Origin: Intoshia linei | Taxonomy: Eukaryota; Animalia; Orthonectida | NCBI GenBank assembly: GCA_001642005.1 | Contig: LWCA01000019.1 | Span: 1-64,000, forward strand | Reading direction: 5' to 3' | Length of the DNA stretch: 64,000 nucleotides | Shown here: positions 45,201-59,260 of the stretch, in pieces | Numbering within the stretch: position 1 is the first letter of the stretch | Layout: each line of letters opens with the position of its first letter | Position numbers and translations under genes: made by a program | Notes under the pieces: model-generated | Databases searched by the model: none | What the model was told of the DNA's origin: nothing | What the model saw: the letters and a program-made list of their open reading frames with translations, nothing else

Positions 45201-48200
45201 TGTTTTGTGCATATTAGTTCGTCATGTATTATTCATAATCTCATAATAACAAGTAATGTGACCATTGAATGGTTTATATTGTAAAAAATTAACTTCCGTT
45301 AACAAGGGTGTTACTATTGGAAATTTCCATATTAACGGAATTTCCAAAATTTCAATTCCGTTAATAAGCACTTAGACTGTATAACCATAAATGATGAAAT
45401 CGCTTACGCAACATTTGTGTTATTAATCTTTTGATCAGTGCTTTCTTCAAATTTACAGTCTTTTTCTTTCATGAAAACTGTAGCGTTTAAATTTTCAAAT
45501 GTATCAATTTGGGAAGTTTCCGTTTCATTGTAATATCGTACTGAAATTTAAGTAAAATTAATCAAATTGTATTAAAATAATAATAAGACGAATAAAAATT
45601 AAATGAATCCTTTACTTACATAAAATTGAATGTCTGTATGTGTGTTACCATTTATTTAAAAAATGGACAGTCGTAGAATTTAAAAAACCCAAAATTCCAA
45701 TACAGTTTTTAAATTTAAGTCCTTCAGAGTCAAAATCGCAATTTTCCCTTTTGTTTTAAGATAAAATCAGCCCAAAAATTTAATAAAACATACACTCTGG
45801 GACGCATTTTAAAATCATTAACATTGTCGTAAATCTCAGCCTTATAAACGCATAACTTCATGGTCAAAACCGAAAATTATACTTTGTTTTAAAAATAAAA
45901 AAATGTCCTAAAATTTTATAAAACATAAATTATGGGATAGTTTTTAAAAACATAAACATTATCATAAATGAAAACAACCCTAGAATTAAAAAAAAATTAC
46001 AGATAATACAGTTATATCCTGTCAACACACACAAAAAATTTTAATCTGACAAAGTGACACCTCGCGATCAAAAAAGCACTCTAATATTCATTTTTTTTAT
46101 TTCAAAACTATTTTATTAAAACAAAAAATTTGAAATAATTAATGACCCAAAAATAAAAAAAAAGATTATTCTGATACAGTTTATTCCAGTTGATATAAAT
46201 ACAAAATTTCAAACCGATAAATCTACGCATTCCTGTCATAGATTTTTTTATAAAATTTATTTTTTTGTAGAATAAAAATATATATTTCAGTACTGCAGAT
46301 TACAAATATTTATTATTACCGAAATGACTTTCTCTCGCAGTTGAATTTTTGCAACATTTTTTGTATATAAATTTAAGTGAATTTTTGAAAAAGGTTAGTA
46401 TAATTATTGGTGGAGGGATTTTAGGTTTATTGTGATATTCTTTAATTAACTGAAATCTTGAAAAATGCCAATGTAAATCCGTATTATCTTGAACTAAAAT
46501 GATATTAAAATATAAATACAAGTTAAGGTATAAAATTAATTAAAATTTACGACTCACTTTTACTAAAAGTGTAACTGAACATGGCAATGACAAGATTGAA
46601 CATTAATACTTGAGTTATTAGTATATATCTAAAAAGATAACATTCAGCTATACCAGTTTAATATTTAAAGTTTACACAAATGCAAATGCAATTATGCATA
46701 ATAACGAAACAAAAGTGATAAATAACCAAAATAAAAAATGTAGAGTCTAAATTGTAGACTCAATTATTATGAATTAATAGTATTAAAAGTAAAAATTACA
46801 ATCCTAGCATGATAGGAGTTAACCAATTGACAGAAGGATCCACACATCGCGGTAAACTGGAAGTTACCAATGATGTCTGATTTGTGCATGTTTGTTTACC
46901 TAACGATAACATAAATTAAAATACAATAATAATAAAAATACCTTCCAATTCGTCCAAGAATAATTCGCCGTACATTTGCCAATAAGAAACTCGTAAAACT
47001 TTTTGCACCAATTTAACATCCAAAGTAGAATTAGGATAAAGTGTTGATTGCAAAGCTACTCCGTATGCAACAATAAATACAAACAAGATAAGCATAAAGA
47101 ACGATAAATCAATAAACTAAATTAATTGATAGAAATGTAATAACAATGGATAATATACCATTCTGCCAATCATAACTACTTTCGGTCCTAACTGTTTATG
47201 AATTGAAAATACACCTAAATTTAAAAATGACGTTTCATTTTATTATTAATATTAATAATAAATTATTACTTAATATTCTTAGATAGAATATTACAAGATT
47301 GGTCGCATAAATTACTCTTGACCACACAAACAATACAAGTATAAACCGGAAAATAACGGCTATCGTAAATGTTACGACGATAATAACGTCCAATCTAAAA
47401 ATGATGCAATAATTAATCACATGGAAATATTATTGTCTAATTAATTACATATTCCATACGTCATTTAAATAACTTGCTAATCTAGCCTTTCTTGACAGTA
47501 ATTCTGTAGAATTGTCAAAAGCTACCTGATTTATGAAATATTAAAAATATAAATTATATAAATATATTAAGATGTAAATTGCATTAAAATTCATGATACC
47601 TGTCTAATTTCTTCAAATAGTAGTGTTATAACCCAACCTATTATAACATATTCTAAAATTGACGGATTTGTTTCAAATTGGGTTAATAGCATGATACTAT
47701 ATATCATCAAAAATGTTACATATGAAATCTAAAATATTATTTAAGTTTAACAAGAAGAAAATGACAAAATTTGAATTTTTATGAAATAATTTAAAAAAAA
47801 TATCAATAATAATAACTATCCTGAAACACAATTTAGTGTCGAAATGAAAAAACTCAATATTAACAACATTATATTGTTAGGTATGATCCTTTCCATAAAA
47901 TGGCCATCAATATTTATATCAGTATTTCTTAACCGGGATACTACCACCCTTAAAGGTGCTAGAAAAAATATTCTTATTTTTTAAATTTTGAATAAAAAAA
48001 TATAGAATAAGGTTGAAAACCACTTCCTTAGTTAAAAGGTTAATAAAAATCCTCAAATATTAAACGTTTAACAAAAAAAATACAATGTAATTATGACACA
48101 TAACTTATGATATTCAAGAATATCATTTATTATTACTTGGGTGATTTTCAGTGAGATCTCCGAAGATGGTGTTTTAGTTGACAAATACTCGTACATAAGA

Positions 48201-51200
48201 ATTTTATGAAATTTAATTAGATTTACAGTCAAACCTCTCAATACTGTCACTATATTTCAATTTTATAACAAACTTATAAGAAATGTTTTCTAAATATCGC
48301 CATAAATGTCGAAAAACCAAAATGGCGGTAATGAAATGTCTGACTATATATTGAATTAAATTTCATAAAATTCTTATAATAATAGATATGTAAAATGTAT
48401 ATTCACCAACGTCTTTTTCAAATTATTTTTAAATTAATTCCCAAAAATGCCAATGACATTAATAATTATATTATTGACAAGTAAGTAATATTACGTTATG
48501 CATTATGAATACAATAACTGTAGCATTGTAGAACCGATAAAATTTTCTGTAGAATGGTTCTTTAGTTACTGAAGTTTCTATTTGCTCCAATCTAAATAAT
48601 ACATATTGTATGAAAAACATTTTACATGGCTAACTAATTGACTAATGTGAACTAAAAAATTTAAAAAATTATTTGATGTTGAAAGTATTAAAATGACAAT
48701 AATTAAATTCATATAATGAGTCTCATCTCATCGAATTAATATTAATTCAATTTCTAATACTTTAAATCGATGCTTCTTAAAATTTTTCCATTGGACGCAC
48801 AAGAAAACAACAGAATATTCTTAGTTTTAAAAGATTATTCAGAAGATTTATATTTTTTGGGTATTGACTGCAACTATTAACTTAATTTATTGTATTAGAT
48901 TTTGCAACTAAATCTGCAATTTTAAGAAAAAAAGTTGTTTCGGGGCAAATAATAATATGATGAAATGTTAAATTGTTTATACCACGGCTGGCTTACTTGA
49001 TCGACTTTATATTTTTGGAAATTACTATGCAATCCTTATTAGGGATCGACTATACTAAAATTTTCTAAGTAATATTAGTATATTTAGTTTTTTGCTTTAT
49101 AATATAAATTAGAAAACAGTAACATTTTATTATAATATGTTATATTATATATATATATATATTATTGTATATAGTTATGTACTACGTACAAACATCTAGC
49201 TCTGCCGAGGGCGAACATTTTTTCTAATAAAAAAATAAATTTAATAAGAAAATCTACCTTAAAAATGCTACTATTCACTATTATCAATCCTTTAATGAAG
49301 TGGTTCCCAAATTGTTTTAGGTGGAACCGTTATATCACATTACTTTTTACATTTTAATTTTTTGTTTGTTAACATTTGCGTAACGAATTTTAAAAACAAT
49401 TGTTATCCAATTTTTTTAATTTATCAGACAGAATGTGTGTATAATCGTAAAAATGAAGTAAAAACAGTATAATCCTAAAAATTGTCATAAATGGCATAAA
49501 TTCAAGAAAAAATAAAATTATAAAGACCTATTTTGTCATTATCAATGTACTAATATATATTCAGTGAATTTTATTCAGTACCAATTTAATAAATACTTAA
49601 ATATACCAATTATGCATCAATAATAAACGGAATGATTCATTAATGAATAATAATAATAAATTAATTTATTATTATTTTTTATAAAATTAACACGACTTAA
49701 TTTTTAAATCGGTGAAATAAACAAATAATTTTTACACATCCTCGCGATCGACTCAAAAAATTTCGGGGTCGCCTGTTGGCCACCCCTGGTATATACTATC
49801 TGGTTCGTTTTAAATTTTTGGCTGGGTACATTTAAATTTACAAGGCCGCACCAATTGAGAAACACTGTTTTAAATAAACAAAATTTAAAATTACTTTGCA
49901 AACGCTTTCCGATTTGCGAATGTGGTTTTTCTTTTCACTTTCTTGCTTTTTAATAATTGACTAATCTATGATATATATAGTATTTATGTTCTTAAAATCC
50001 ATTTAAAAATAAATTTAATACGTTTGTTAAACGTTAATCTAATAAAAATGGAACGATTTTAATTGGAAAAAAATTATTTCAAGAAATACCCTTTTGATTT
50101 GTTTTGATTCAGACGATTTCATCTTCATCTTAACGTCACTGTCAAAAGTAATCATGGGATAAATCAAAAATGGAACTACAGCAGAAAGCATTAACTAAAA
50201 CAATAATATATGTATAATAGATTACTTAATATTTAATAATTTATATTAATTGTACACTTGTACGATATATTCATATCAATTTATGATGATTAACAGTTTA
50301 AATCATTAAATGAAAATGTAAACTAATTACAGCAAAAGCAGAGTTTTGAGGTGACAGACTACCCATCCAAATATTATTGATTAATAATTGTGATGCAGCA
50401 TGAGCAATAAAATGTTGATTCTCGGCAAATAACGCCCAAGATATTATGGTAATACCAGAATACTCTGGAATAGGCTTTACTAGCAATTTTAAAGTCAATT
50501 CCACATCGGTATTGTAACAACTATTTAATGTACCGATCGCAATATCATGAAATAAACTAGATTTTGAAATATATATATTATATTATAAGAATTTTAAATT
50601 TTAAATTTTAATTGATTTTAAAAGGTACTTTAATTGTTTATTTAAAATTGCCAGTGTATTTATATCATTCTCAGACCTAATAAATGATTTACAAATCAAT
50701 TCACCAAATAATGATGCTGCAAGGCGACCCTACATTTAAAATTAAACAATGAATAAAAATTATAGAACATGAGCTCTCAATATTTTTTAAAAGGGCCGCA
50801 TTTTCTATATCTAACTTACTAATTCAATAAATGATTTACTGGAACATATATATACTAGCTTATCACATATATAGTTTTTTAAAGTCGCTAGCTCTGAGGG
50901 TTTGACTATAACTTTTAAGATAAATTGTTATACATTTCACCTTTTTAAAAAACTACGATTTTGAAAACCCTAATATGTAAGAAAATAATTAGACCACAAA
51001 ATTACGCGAGATTATACCGTTGAAAATTCCTGTTGTACAATTTAATATATGAGTATATCAATTTTACCGGACAGTTTTCCCAAAATAGCATGCATAAATC
51101 AAAATGTTGGTTAACGAGTGCCCATATGAATAATTCGCGTTCTGGATAATTAAAATCGAATACTAAATGTATATTATTCGTCAAATATGATAATACAAAT

Positions 51201-54200
51201 GTACCAATATCAGTGTCACTTGTTCCGTCTATAATTTTAGATTCTGTCGCATATACTAGATCAAAAACGTTTATATGATAATATTTATCTTTGAAATATA
51301 GAGGTGTATAAAAGCTTCCTATCAAATGAATCAGTGAATAACCGATATCGGCAAAATTATAAAATCCAGATTTCTATAAAAGACAAATCAAAATATAAGA
51401 TGTAATATATTTATTTTGATTATATCTACTAGGTATTATCAATGATTGATATCTTGAATTTTTTGTATTCGGTAATATATATTATCACTAGATTGACTGC
51501 TATGTACTACGTACAAACAGGATCTAGCTCTACCGATGGTACATTTTTTGTTTTATTTAATGTTAATAAAATATTTCGGAAAAAAAATATATGAATACTA
51601 AAATGCTTTTTTGACCGTGAAGTCGTCACTTATCAGATTTAAATTTTGTGTATGTGTTAACAGGATACAACTGTACCACCTGTAAATTTTTTTAAAAGTA
51701 ACTGTAAATTCTAGGGCTTTTTTCATTAAAAAAAGAAGGGTAATTTGGATTTTGGCCCTGAAGATATAATTTTTTTAAATTTAAATTTATGGTAATGTTT
51801 ATGATTTTAAAATCCGTATCAGCGTATATATTTTTTTAAATTTTCCAACTCGTTTGATTTTTAAAGAGAGGGAGAATTAGGGTTTTTGATCGTAAGATGT
51901 GAGTTTAGGAGGTTGAAATTTATCTTATTATACGTTATGGAAAAAACTGTAATTGAAATGTGGACTTTATAAAATTCTAAGACGGGTAGTTATTTAAATA
52001 AAGTAGAACACACACACACAAACAAAAATCGCGTAGCATATTATATAAGTAAGGATATCTATACTCAGGGTGTCTCTCGCTTAAATATTCTCTTTTAAAA
52101 TTTTACTGATTAATAAATAACTAATTTAAAATAAGCCTAAATATCACCCATAATGGTAATATTAATAATGTACAAAAATGCAGCATATCAGAGCCTTACA
52201 GGGTCGACATTGTATAGTTTTTACCAGGCCCTGTTATCCAAAATTTTTCATCGATCACCATGCCGTCATACATTTTTAATTTGGATACAACAGTAACAAT
52301 GAAAACGGCTAAGGTAGTAAAAAGCACAATCAGCGCCAATAAAAAAAGTTTTTTATATAAGGAAACTGGACCAGTTCATACCCGTTCGTCATTATTAACA
52401 AAATATTTTTTCCAACACGCGAGTGGGTTGGACATCGGTCACGGGCTTTCCAGTACCCGTTTCAAGTATATAGAGCAGATGCACAACCTGAGGCCGGGAG
52501 AGCGTTTATGTGCGGGCCTGGGCAATAATAATATCATAATACAATATATCATTTTACTTCAAATTGAAAAGTTTAAGTCAGATGTTATTCTAGTTATCTT
52601 AGTGGAGATATTTAAAATATTTTAATCTAAAAGATACATTTTTGACTTTGTCCCAGTTAACGAGGTAAGTAATTTATTATATTACTAGGGAGAAAATAAA
52701 GTTAAAAAGTTGAATTTCTACCATAATTATTGATATATTAAATGTATAATTACTTGTTTTCTTAAACTACTTTGACGTTCTAAAATTTGAACAAATACTG
52801 TACCAACGGCTGCCTAATATTAATAATATTAAGCAGTATATAAATTTACAAATTACTTCATTGTACAATCTCAAGAGTCGTTTCATTGTTAAAAATTGAG
52901 ACAAGTTCAATCCATTGTAAATACAAAGTTTTACGAATTCAGTTTTGTTTTCTATGATGGCAGTAAACGCAATTTCTTCTAAATCTTTTTGCTAAAATGC
53001 ATTAAAATTTTAATATAATGATTAGAAATTACATCCCATTTAGTTTGATTTGCAAAAATTTCAGACTTTGCAATGTCTATTCTGTTCCACGCCAAAGCTA
53101 ACCTCAACTGGTCCATAGTTTTTGATTTATTAACTAATTTACAATGATGAAATTTAAATATGCAAATAAAACAAACCTCTTAATAAAGCATTTAAAATTG
53201 CATAATCTACAGAATTGCCCATTCCAAACACATCAAGGCGATATACATTAATATGATCTCTTGACTGAAATATTTCTCGCATCATGTTCATGTTGTTTTC
53301 AATGTTGTTTTCAGTAAATTCCGCAATTATTCTCTTTCGACACTCTTCCCAAACAGATTTTTCAACTATAGATATCGTCCTAAATTATTCAAGTTTTACA
53401 TCTTTAAATATGTAATATATTACTTTGTCATCATTTGATCGAATTCATTTCGCAGTTTAACTTCACTTTCAACAGAGTTTTCGTAAACATAGCATATTAT
53501 ATCTGCTGCCCTTCCTGAACCCTAAATGGAAAATTAATCAAGTTATTTTTTATAAATTAGCTTATCCCTCGTAAAAAAGGTACCAAATGACGTTTATTAA
53601 GTTAATGTTAGGTAATAATGATTATGGCGAGGAGAATTACTTCTACAATCACAGCTGGAATTTGGTTGTGTATGGCTCCAGCAACAGTCTCTAGTGTACC
53701 TACTCCACCTTCCAGAACAACCATTACCACCGGAATCGAGAAATTATTATAATCATCGTCATACATATTTGAAATTCCTGCTTCCAATCTATTCCTCAAG
53801 TTTATTTCACCTCTAAATTTTAGCTCTGTTCCATTGTCAACCAAAATAAAGTGGGAATGATTTGGGTCCAATGGACTATCTCCTTTCTTTGCTTTTCCAT
53901 CTCCAGTGTATTTTATAGGATATGATCCCTAATTTTTTTTATTAATCTTTATATTACATTTTTATTATAATTTACATTTGCATTAATCAATAATTCCTTG
54001 TTTCTAACAGTACCCCAAGGCGCAATTCCAATATTAACAATTTTGTTTTTATTTCCATGAATTAGGGTGTATTCTTTAACGGCAGACCCAACAAACTTCA
54101 TTACACCTGTATTTAAACCTCCAGTTATAATCCAAGATCCTAAAATTATATTTATAAAAATTTATATTACAATATATACACTTCTACATGACGCATAATA

Positions 54201-56414
54201 GTACGAGCACTATAAATGTAATATATTATGAAATGTATTATTATTATATTTTTATATAAATAATATATAATAAATTCAGTAGTGTTGAGAGTTATTATGA
54301 ACCTACAGCCGATATAGAACCATCGTATTAATATCGAATTATCAAAAAAAATTTAATCTTGAAACAAGCATTCTAATGATTATTACACCGTTACTACACT
54401 GATACTGTATATTAGTTATACCACCATTCATATTCAAAAAATTTTGATAGGCTGAATTATAACTGCTACTTATAATATATACTAAATAATTATTAATTAT
54501 AAAAGAAGGTTTCAACTAATCATCTCTACATTAAAAATTTAGTTTAATTTCGTAAACAGAAATATATTATTTGACACTTCGTGTTACTTTTTAAGAAAAA
54601 CATTTTTATTTTTATGTAAAGATTGCGAAAATCTATCTCAAATTTATAAAAAACTCAGTTCTTTTAAAGTTAATATTATTATTATTTATTTCTCAAAGAA
54701 TTGTTGTATCACAAATTCTAGTTTATCTTGACTTTTTGGTATATCAAAGCATTACATTTTTTAAGATCATCTTATTTATTTTTTTCAGATGGATTTATCC
54801 AAATCCAATGTATAAAGGTCTGATATCGCAGGCATAGTATAGTTATTAGATATAACAAAATTTACCGGTGGTTGCTGCAGCACATGTAATTCCTCTATTA
54901 AATTGTTCCGTAAGATGAGGATTCATACTAAAAGATTTAGCACCTCCAGTAACAGAAATGATGAGATTTGGTCTGTCCAGATTCCAATAATCATTTAATA
55001 ATTCCAATAAATCAGATACTTCGTCATTTGAATGACAACGTACAAACTATTTAATTTTATTGTAAATCAGTCGTTTTTAATAGTGATAATTACTCACTGA
55101 GAAGAATTGGACCATTATAAAAAAATGTCATTTTTTTAATTTTTTTATTTATATTTTCTCAAATCCTCTTAAACAATATATTTTCGTTCATCAAATTTGA
55201 CAACTTTTTTTATATAAAATGATGATACGTCCTAGTTTGTCTTTAGAGTTGTTTTTATATTAATAAGGAATACTAATTGATCATATTTATACATGTCACT
55301 ACAATAAAAAAGTTTTCCTTTGATACAGTACCGTTTTAAATTAAAATTTAATGCCGGATTGAGTCAGACAAAATTATTTATTATTGGCAAAACATTTTCC
55401 ATTTTGTTACATTATTTTGACCGTGGTTTGTTAAACGGGGTCGTTCCATGTCACAGTTTAGATACAAATAAGTGTATCAAATTAAAATGTATAGTAATTT
55501 TATATTTGGCACATGAAAAAAGTATAATGTAAGGGAGGAGTGAGCCAAAGTAAGTTGAGAACCAATGTTATAGATGGTTACTATTATTGTGTTCAAATTT
55601 ACTGTAGTTATCTTATAAATTATCATTTGATACAATCTATACAATAAACTTTAAGCTACAACTCAAAACCGGGTCAAAACCGAAAAATATGAATACTTTG
55701 CTAACAGAGTTTCCATTTCTCACAAATTGGATGTCTCCATAAGCGTTTGTTTTTTGAGTTATCGTATGTAATTCTGTTTGCCATTCAGTAGATGGAGGTA
55801 ATTCACCCTGTATGGTTTGATGCGCTTCCTTGGTTCTTCCGCATTTGCATATACTATCAGAGTTTCTAAAAAATACTTATCAATAAAAATAATAATTGCA
55901 TCACCAAATTCGGTACACAAATTTTAACAAAATAAAATTAAATGGGAAAAATTCACTTTAAATTAAAAGGTAATGACCAGTCCACGGTGAAAAAAGTTTG
56001 ATAATAGTGACTAGTAGCATTCTTAAGTAAAATTTGACATTAAATGTCAAATTTTGTATTATTAAATTTATTTTGTTAGCACGAATTAAAGAACAGTCAA
56101 GCTAGTTGTTTATAAAATTGATATCTAATTGTAGTTGATACTGCACAATTTATGCATACAAATGGGGTTTAATAAACCATACTGACTAATTAGATTAGTT
56201 TTACAATGAAATAATAAAATAAATACGATGTCATTACACCAATAAATCAGGTATGAAATAAACACAAGTGCACATTTCAATATTGGACCGAATATATAAA
56301 GCTTCTCTCTAAATTAAATTATATTAAAAAATTATTTAGGTTTACCGTTAATTGTACCGATTCCTTAGGTTGAGAATCATAATCCAATACAATCGATACA
56401 TTGGATCGCGACAT
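39294..56414 (-). CDS. TRPM2: TRPM2-like cation channel with C-terminal NUDT9-homology domain, more than 25 exons
   Basis: MHR1/2 motifs [55 protein letters not shown]; [16 protein letters not shown]; S2-S3 FEEIRQ/DVWN-RLD; pore [12 protein letters not shown]; TRP box [13 protein letters not shown]; NUDT9-[48 protein letters not shown]...LDAHF*. The start ATG at 56414 is inferred. Confidence 0.92.
41594..42083 (+). mobile_element. Complete non-autonomous Helitron (reference copy)
   Basis: Inserted between A and T; 5' TC(CTTACTTATATAA); (GT)n near the 5' end; subterminal hairpin CTGTT-TGTAC-GTA-GTACA-T-AACAG; 3' CTAG at 42080-42083; no TSD or TIR. Confidence 0.88.
43690..44085 (-). mobile_element. 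Helitron family fragment (subfamily shared with about 15915-16170)
   Basis: Internal units, CAGA repeats and a TATATAAGTTAG end matching the reverse complement of CTAACTTATATA at 15916. Confidence 0.65.
44552..45379. mobile_element. Tc1/mariner/pogo-type MITE with TA TSD, containing a nested hAT MITE
   Basis: TA|CAGTCTAAGTCCTTATTAACGGAATT ... AATTCCGTTAATAAGCACTTAGACTG|TA. Confidence 0.8.
44644..44962. mobile_element. hAT (Buster-like) MITE with a perfect 8-bp TSD
   Basis: CTCTAGAT|CAGAGGTGTCAA ... TTGACACCCCTG|CTCTAGAT. Confidence 0.88.
45608..46235 (+). mobile_element. Long-variant Helitron copy (3' end lost)
   Basis: A|TCCTTTACTTACATAAAATTGAATGTCTG then internal units. Confidence 0.75.
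49172..49620 (-). mobile_element. Helitron 3' region joined to a hAT-like segment
   Basis: GTTATGTACTACGTACAAACA hairpin ... ATTATCAATCCTTTAATG-AAGTGGTTCCCAAA; the downstream segment is also found at about 29930-30210. Confidence 0.65.
51488..52055 (-). mobile_element. Complete non-autonomous Helitron
   Basis: A|CTAG-ATTGACTGCTATGTACTACGTACAAACAG ... TATATAAGTAAGGA|T. Confidence 0.88.
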
Positions 56415-57511
56415 TAATTATTGTTGAATGACAGTTATAAATGCATTTTAAAAAATGTCTATATATGCTTCTTATTATATAAATACAAATATTTATAATA
56501 TCCTAGAAATACAGTTGATACCGCACGGTATTTACTAATGTCAAAAATTATATACTGTATAGAAATGTAAAATTACATTGAACATTGTAATTTTACATTC
56601 AAATATCATGAATTTAATATATTTTATTTTAGTATAACGCGGATTAGACGGGCCAGTTAAGTAGCATGTGATCCATGTAAATTTTACAAATTCCACCTGT
56701 TTAACATTAGATACCGAGCACAAAACACTTTTTCATTGTATATATTTTACAATTAAACCTGACAATAGTGAACAAAAATCAGTTGATTTTATGCATAAAA
56801 TACAGAGTTTATGATAATTTTTTTTAAATTCAGGTTCACTAATGTCAGGGATAAAATATATGAAAAAATACAAAAAAGTTCAATTATAATTATACAAAAT
56901 AAAAGTACTTGTAATATACCTGTTAAACGCTAATTTTAAATTAAACTAAATTTTACATTTATATTGATACATTTTAATATGCAAAAGTATTTGTACAATG
57001 TATATTGTACATACTATTAATATTAAGAGCTTGACTATTCTTTAATTCGTACCCAAAAAATCAATTTAATAATACAAATTACTGTTTTTTACTTCATGCA
57101 AACAACACCTAGAATGCTACTTTTCATAAAAATTCTACTATTCACTATTACCAATCCTTTGAATTATAATTTGTTTGGTGATAATTTCTACCAATGTTGA
57201 ATATGTCTGAATGAGAGATTCCGATTCTGGTATATTCAATATTCAATATAGTAAATGTCATCTGCCATTACCCCATTGTACATGTGGTATTACTTTCATT
57301 AAACGACATATTAACGTAAAGATCATATATATTTTCAACTGATATTTATACTGTTGTTTCTAAACAATGTGGCGGTTACATCGGTCTAAAGTCAGACTCT
57401 TAACGTTTGTACATCTAGCCTGAACCAATTTTATTACAAAATTTTAAATACATTTGAAAGTGCGTTATTTTTACGTTTATACTCATTAAAACTGTCAAAC
57501 ACAAATACAAA

Positions 57512-58450
57512 ATGCAACTTAACAACATTACTCAAAACTCTGAATTGACGATGCCGTATCAAATAAAAATGCAAAATTGGAACTTTGAAGATTTAATAAT
57601 ATATTTAATGGGAATAATTGGAGTGATGGCTGCAATATCTTCAATTATATCAACAATAGTAATGTGGGGACAAATTTGGACAAAAAATAGGATATCTGCA
57701 TTATGCTTCATAAACATAAACATTGCCAGTATAATGTTAATTATTTTTTCTGAAGTTTTTACAATTATAAAAAGTTATCAAAACGGATGGACATTTGGAA
57801 TTTATTTATGTAAATTTTACACTTTTTCACGCATATCTCTATTAAATTCAGGTATGCACATGTTTTTGTGGTATTGTTTGATAAAAATTTTGATACATGA
57901 ATGTGAACAATTCAAAAAAAAATTTTTCAAATTTTATTCTCCATTTTATTATTCCTTGTCATTTTGGATTCTTAACTGTTTGATGCACTTATTTTACATT
58001 TTCACGGTTGGTGTAGTTGAAAATGACTGTACCTTTATAGTGAAACCAAAATTATTTTGTCTTTTTTATTGCTGCTTGTTTGTAATGTTTAGTTTTGGAT
58101 CATTTTTTTTTATAAATGCAAATTGCCTTGCTTTGTCTAAACCTAAATTCGAAAGACTATTGATTAATAATCAAAAATTAATATTCAATAACCTGACTAT
58201 TGATGTTTTAACGTGGATTATAATATTCATGTGCAATTCTCCCTACATGATTTATTACACTGCATTTTACACTGTCAAAAAAACTAATGCATCAATGATA
58301 TTACTTTGTATAGTATTTTTGCAACCCATCCTTTTATTGATAATGTACATGACTCATAAAGATCATGCTGTAGAATTACAAAATTTAATGACTCTTACTC
58401 CAGGCGATGAATATTTAATTTCCAAGAATACAATCATAATTTCATGCTAA
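57512..58450 (+). CDS. Intronless, highly divergent class A (rhodopsin-like) GPCR, 312 aa
   Basis: Seven hydrophobic segments; ECL1 GWTFGIYLCK (WxFG..C), TM4 Trp (SFWIL), ECL2 Cys (NDC), TM6 CNSPY, TM7 LQPIL. Confidence 0.8.
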   Translation: MQLNNITQNSELTMPYQIKMQNWNFEDLIIYLMGIIGVMAAISSIISTIVMWGQIWTKNRISALCFININIASIMLIIFSEVFTIIKSYQNGWTFGIYLCKFYTFSRISLLNSGMHMFLWYCLIKILIHECEQFKKKFFKFYSPFYYSLSFWILNCLMHLFYIFTVGVVENDCTFIVKPKLFCLFYCCLFVMFSFGSFFFINANCLALSKPKFERLLINNQKLIFNNLTIDVLTWIIIFMCNSPYMIYYTAFYTVKKTNASMILLCIVFLQPILLLIMYMTHKDHAVELQNLMTLTPGDEYLISKNTIIISC

Positions 58451-58859
58451 TCTAAAAAGCTGAATGAGTTGACAATGACAACCTTTCATATATTATGTAT
58501 TATTAAATGTTTAATGATATTTAATATTTTTATATTATTATAATCGGAGAGCGATGGGCATTGACCAATGGGCATATGTCGAGTTTTTTTTATCATCTAT
58601 CGAGATAATATTAAAATTCAGTAGTTTATAGAATTTTTATATTTTAAATGGTATTTAACAATGCCCAGTGGTCACCAAACCACACCCCACTATGGAAATT
58701 CTGTTAATATTTAAAAATATACATTACTCCAATTAATTTAAAATAATTATTTAAATAACAACTGTAAACAGTCGACCCTATTAAGCTCGAGACCACGCTC
58801 TAGAATTAACAATATGGCAAAAAAAATTTTTGCAAACGATGCGACTTTAGAATATCTGC

Positions 58860-59260
58860 TAGTTTTCATGAATTAAATTTTGATTTAAAATTCCTTATTA
58901 TACCGAGATCCATTGGCTCAGAAGATCAGTTGAGTTTGAATGTAAAAATATTATTTCAACATTGTTTAATTTCATTATCACTTTATGATATGGGCAATTA
59001 TAATAAATTTTATTTTTTTATAGACTTTTTTATTTTGTATTCTTTTAATCAAAATCAATAAACCAAGTATTAAATAGTGTTATATTTATCCATGCCTTAA
59101 AGGAATTTTTATAATCCACATATTTATTAACATCGAATTTAGCGAATGCTCGTGGTCTTTTTCCTTTGCTTATCATTAGTAGCGGCATTTTTATATCACA
59201 ATCCATGTTAGCACAGAGAATTATGCTAACACGGTCTTTCAACAATTTAAAGCCAGGTTG
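58860..59260 (-). pseudogene. pogo/Tigger (DDE_1, CENP-B-like) transposase relic
   Basis: KDRVSIILCANMD..KMPLLMISKGKRPRAF...Y..S.KAWIN..LF..WF..FD, then broken frames containing NCPYH and PMDLGIIRNFK, typical of the DDE_1 domain. Confidence 0.85.

Noticed and set aside
52260-52625. 121-aa plus-strand ORF
   Set aside because: Spans TE-like fragments (including a hAT-like CAGATGCACAACC end) in a TRPM2 intron; no protein motif.
57512-58450. GPCR nested in a TRPM2 intron
   Set aside because: A plausible TRPM2 start exists at 56414 and I found no upstream TRPM2 coding exon. A non-coding exon cannot be excluded.
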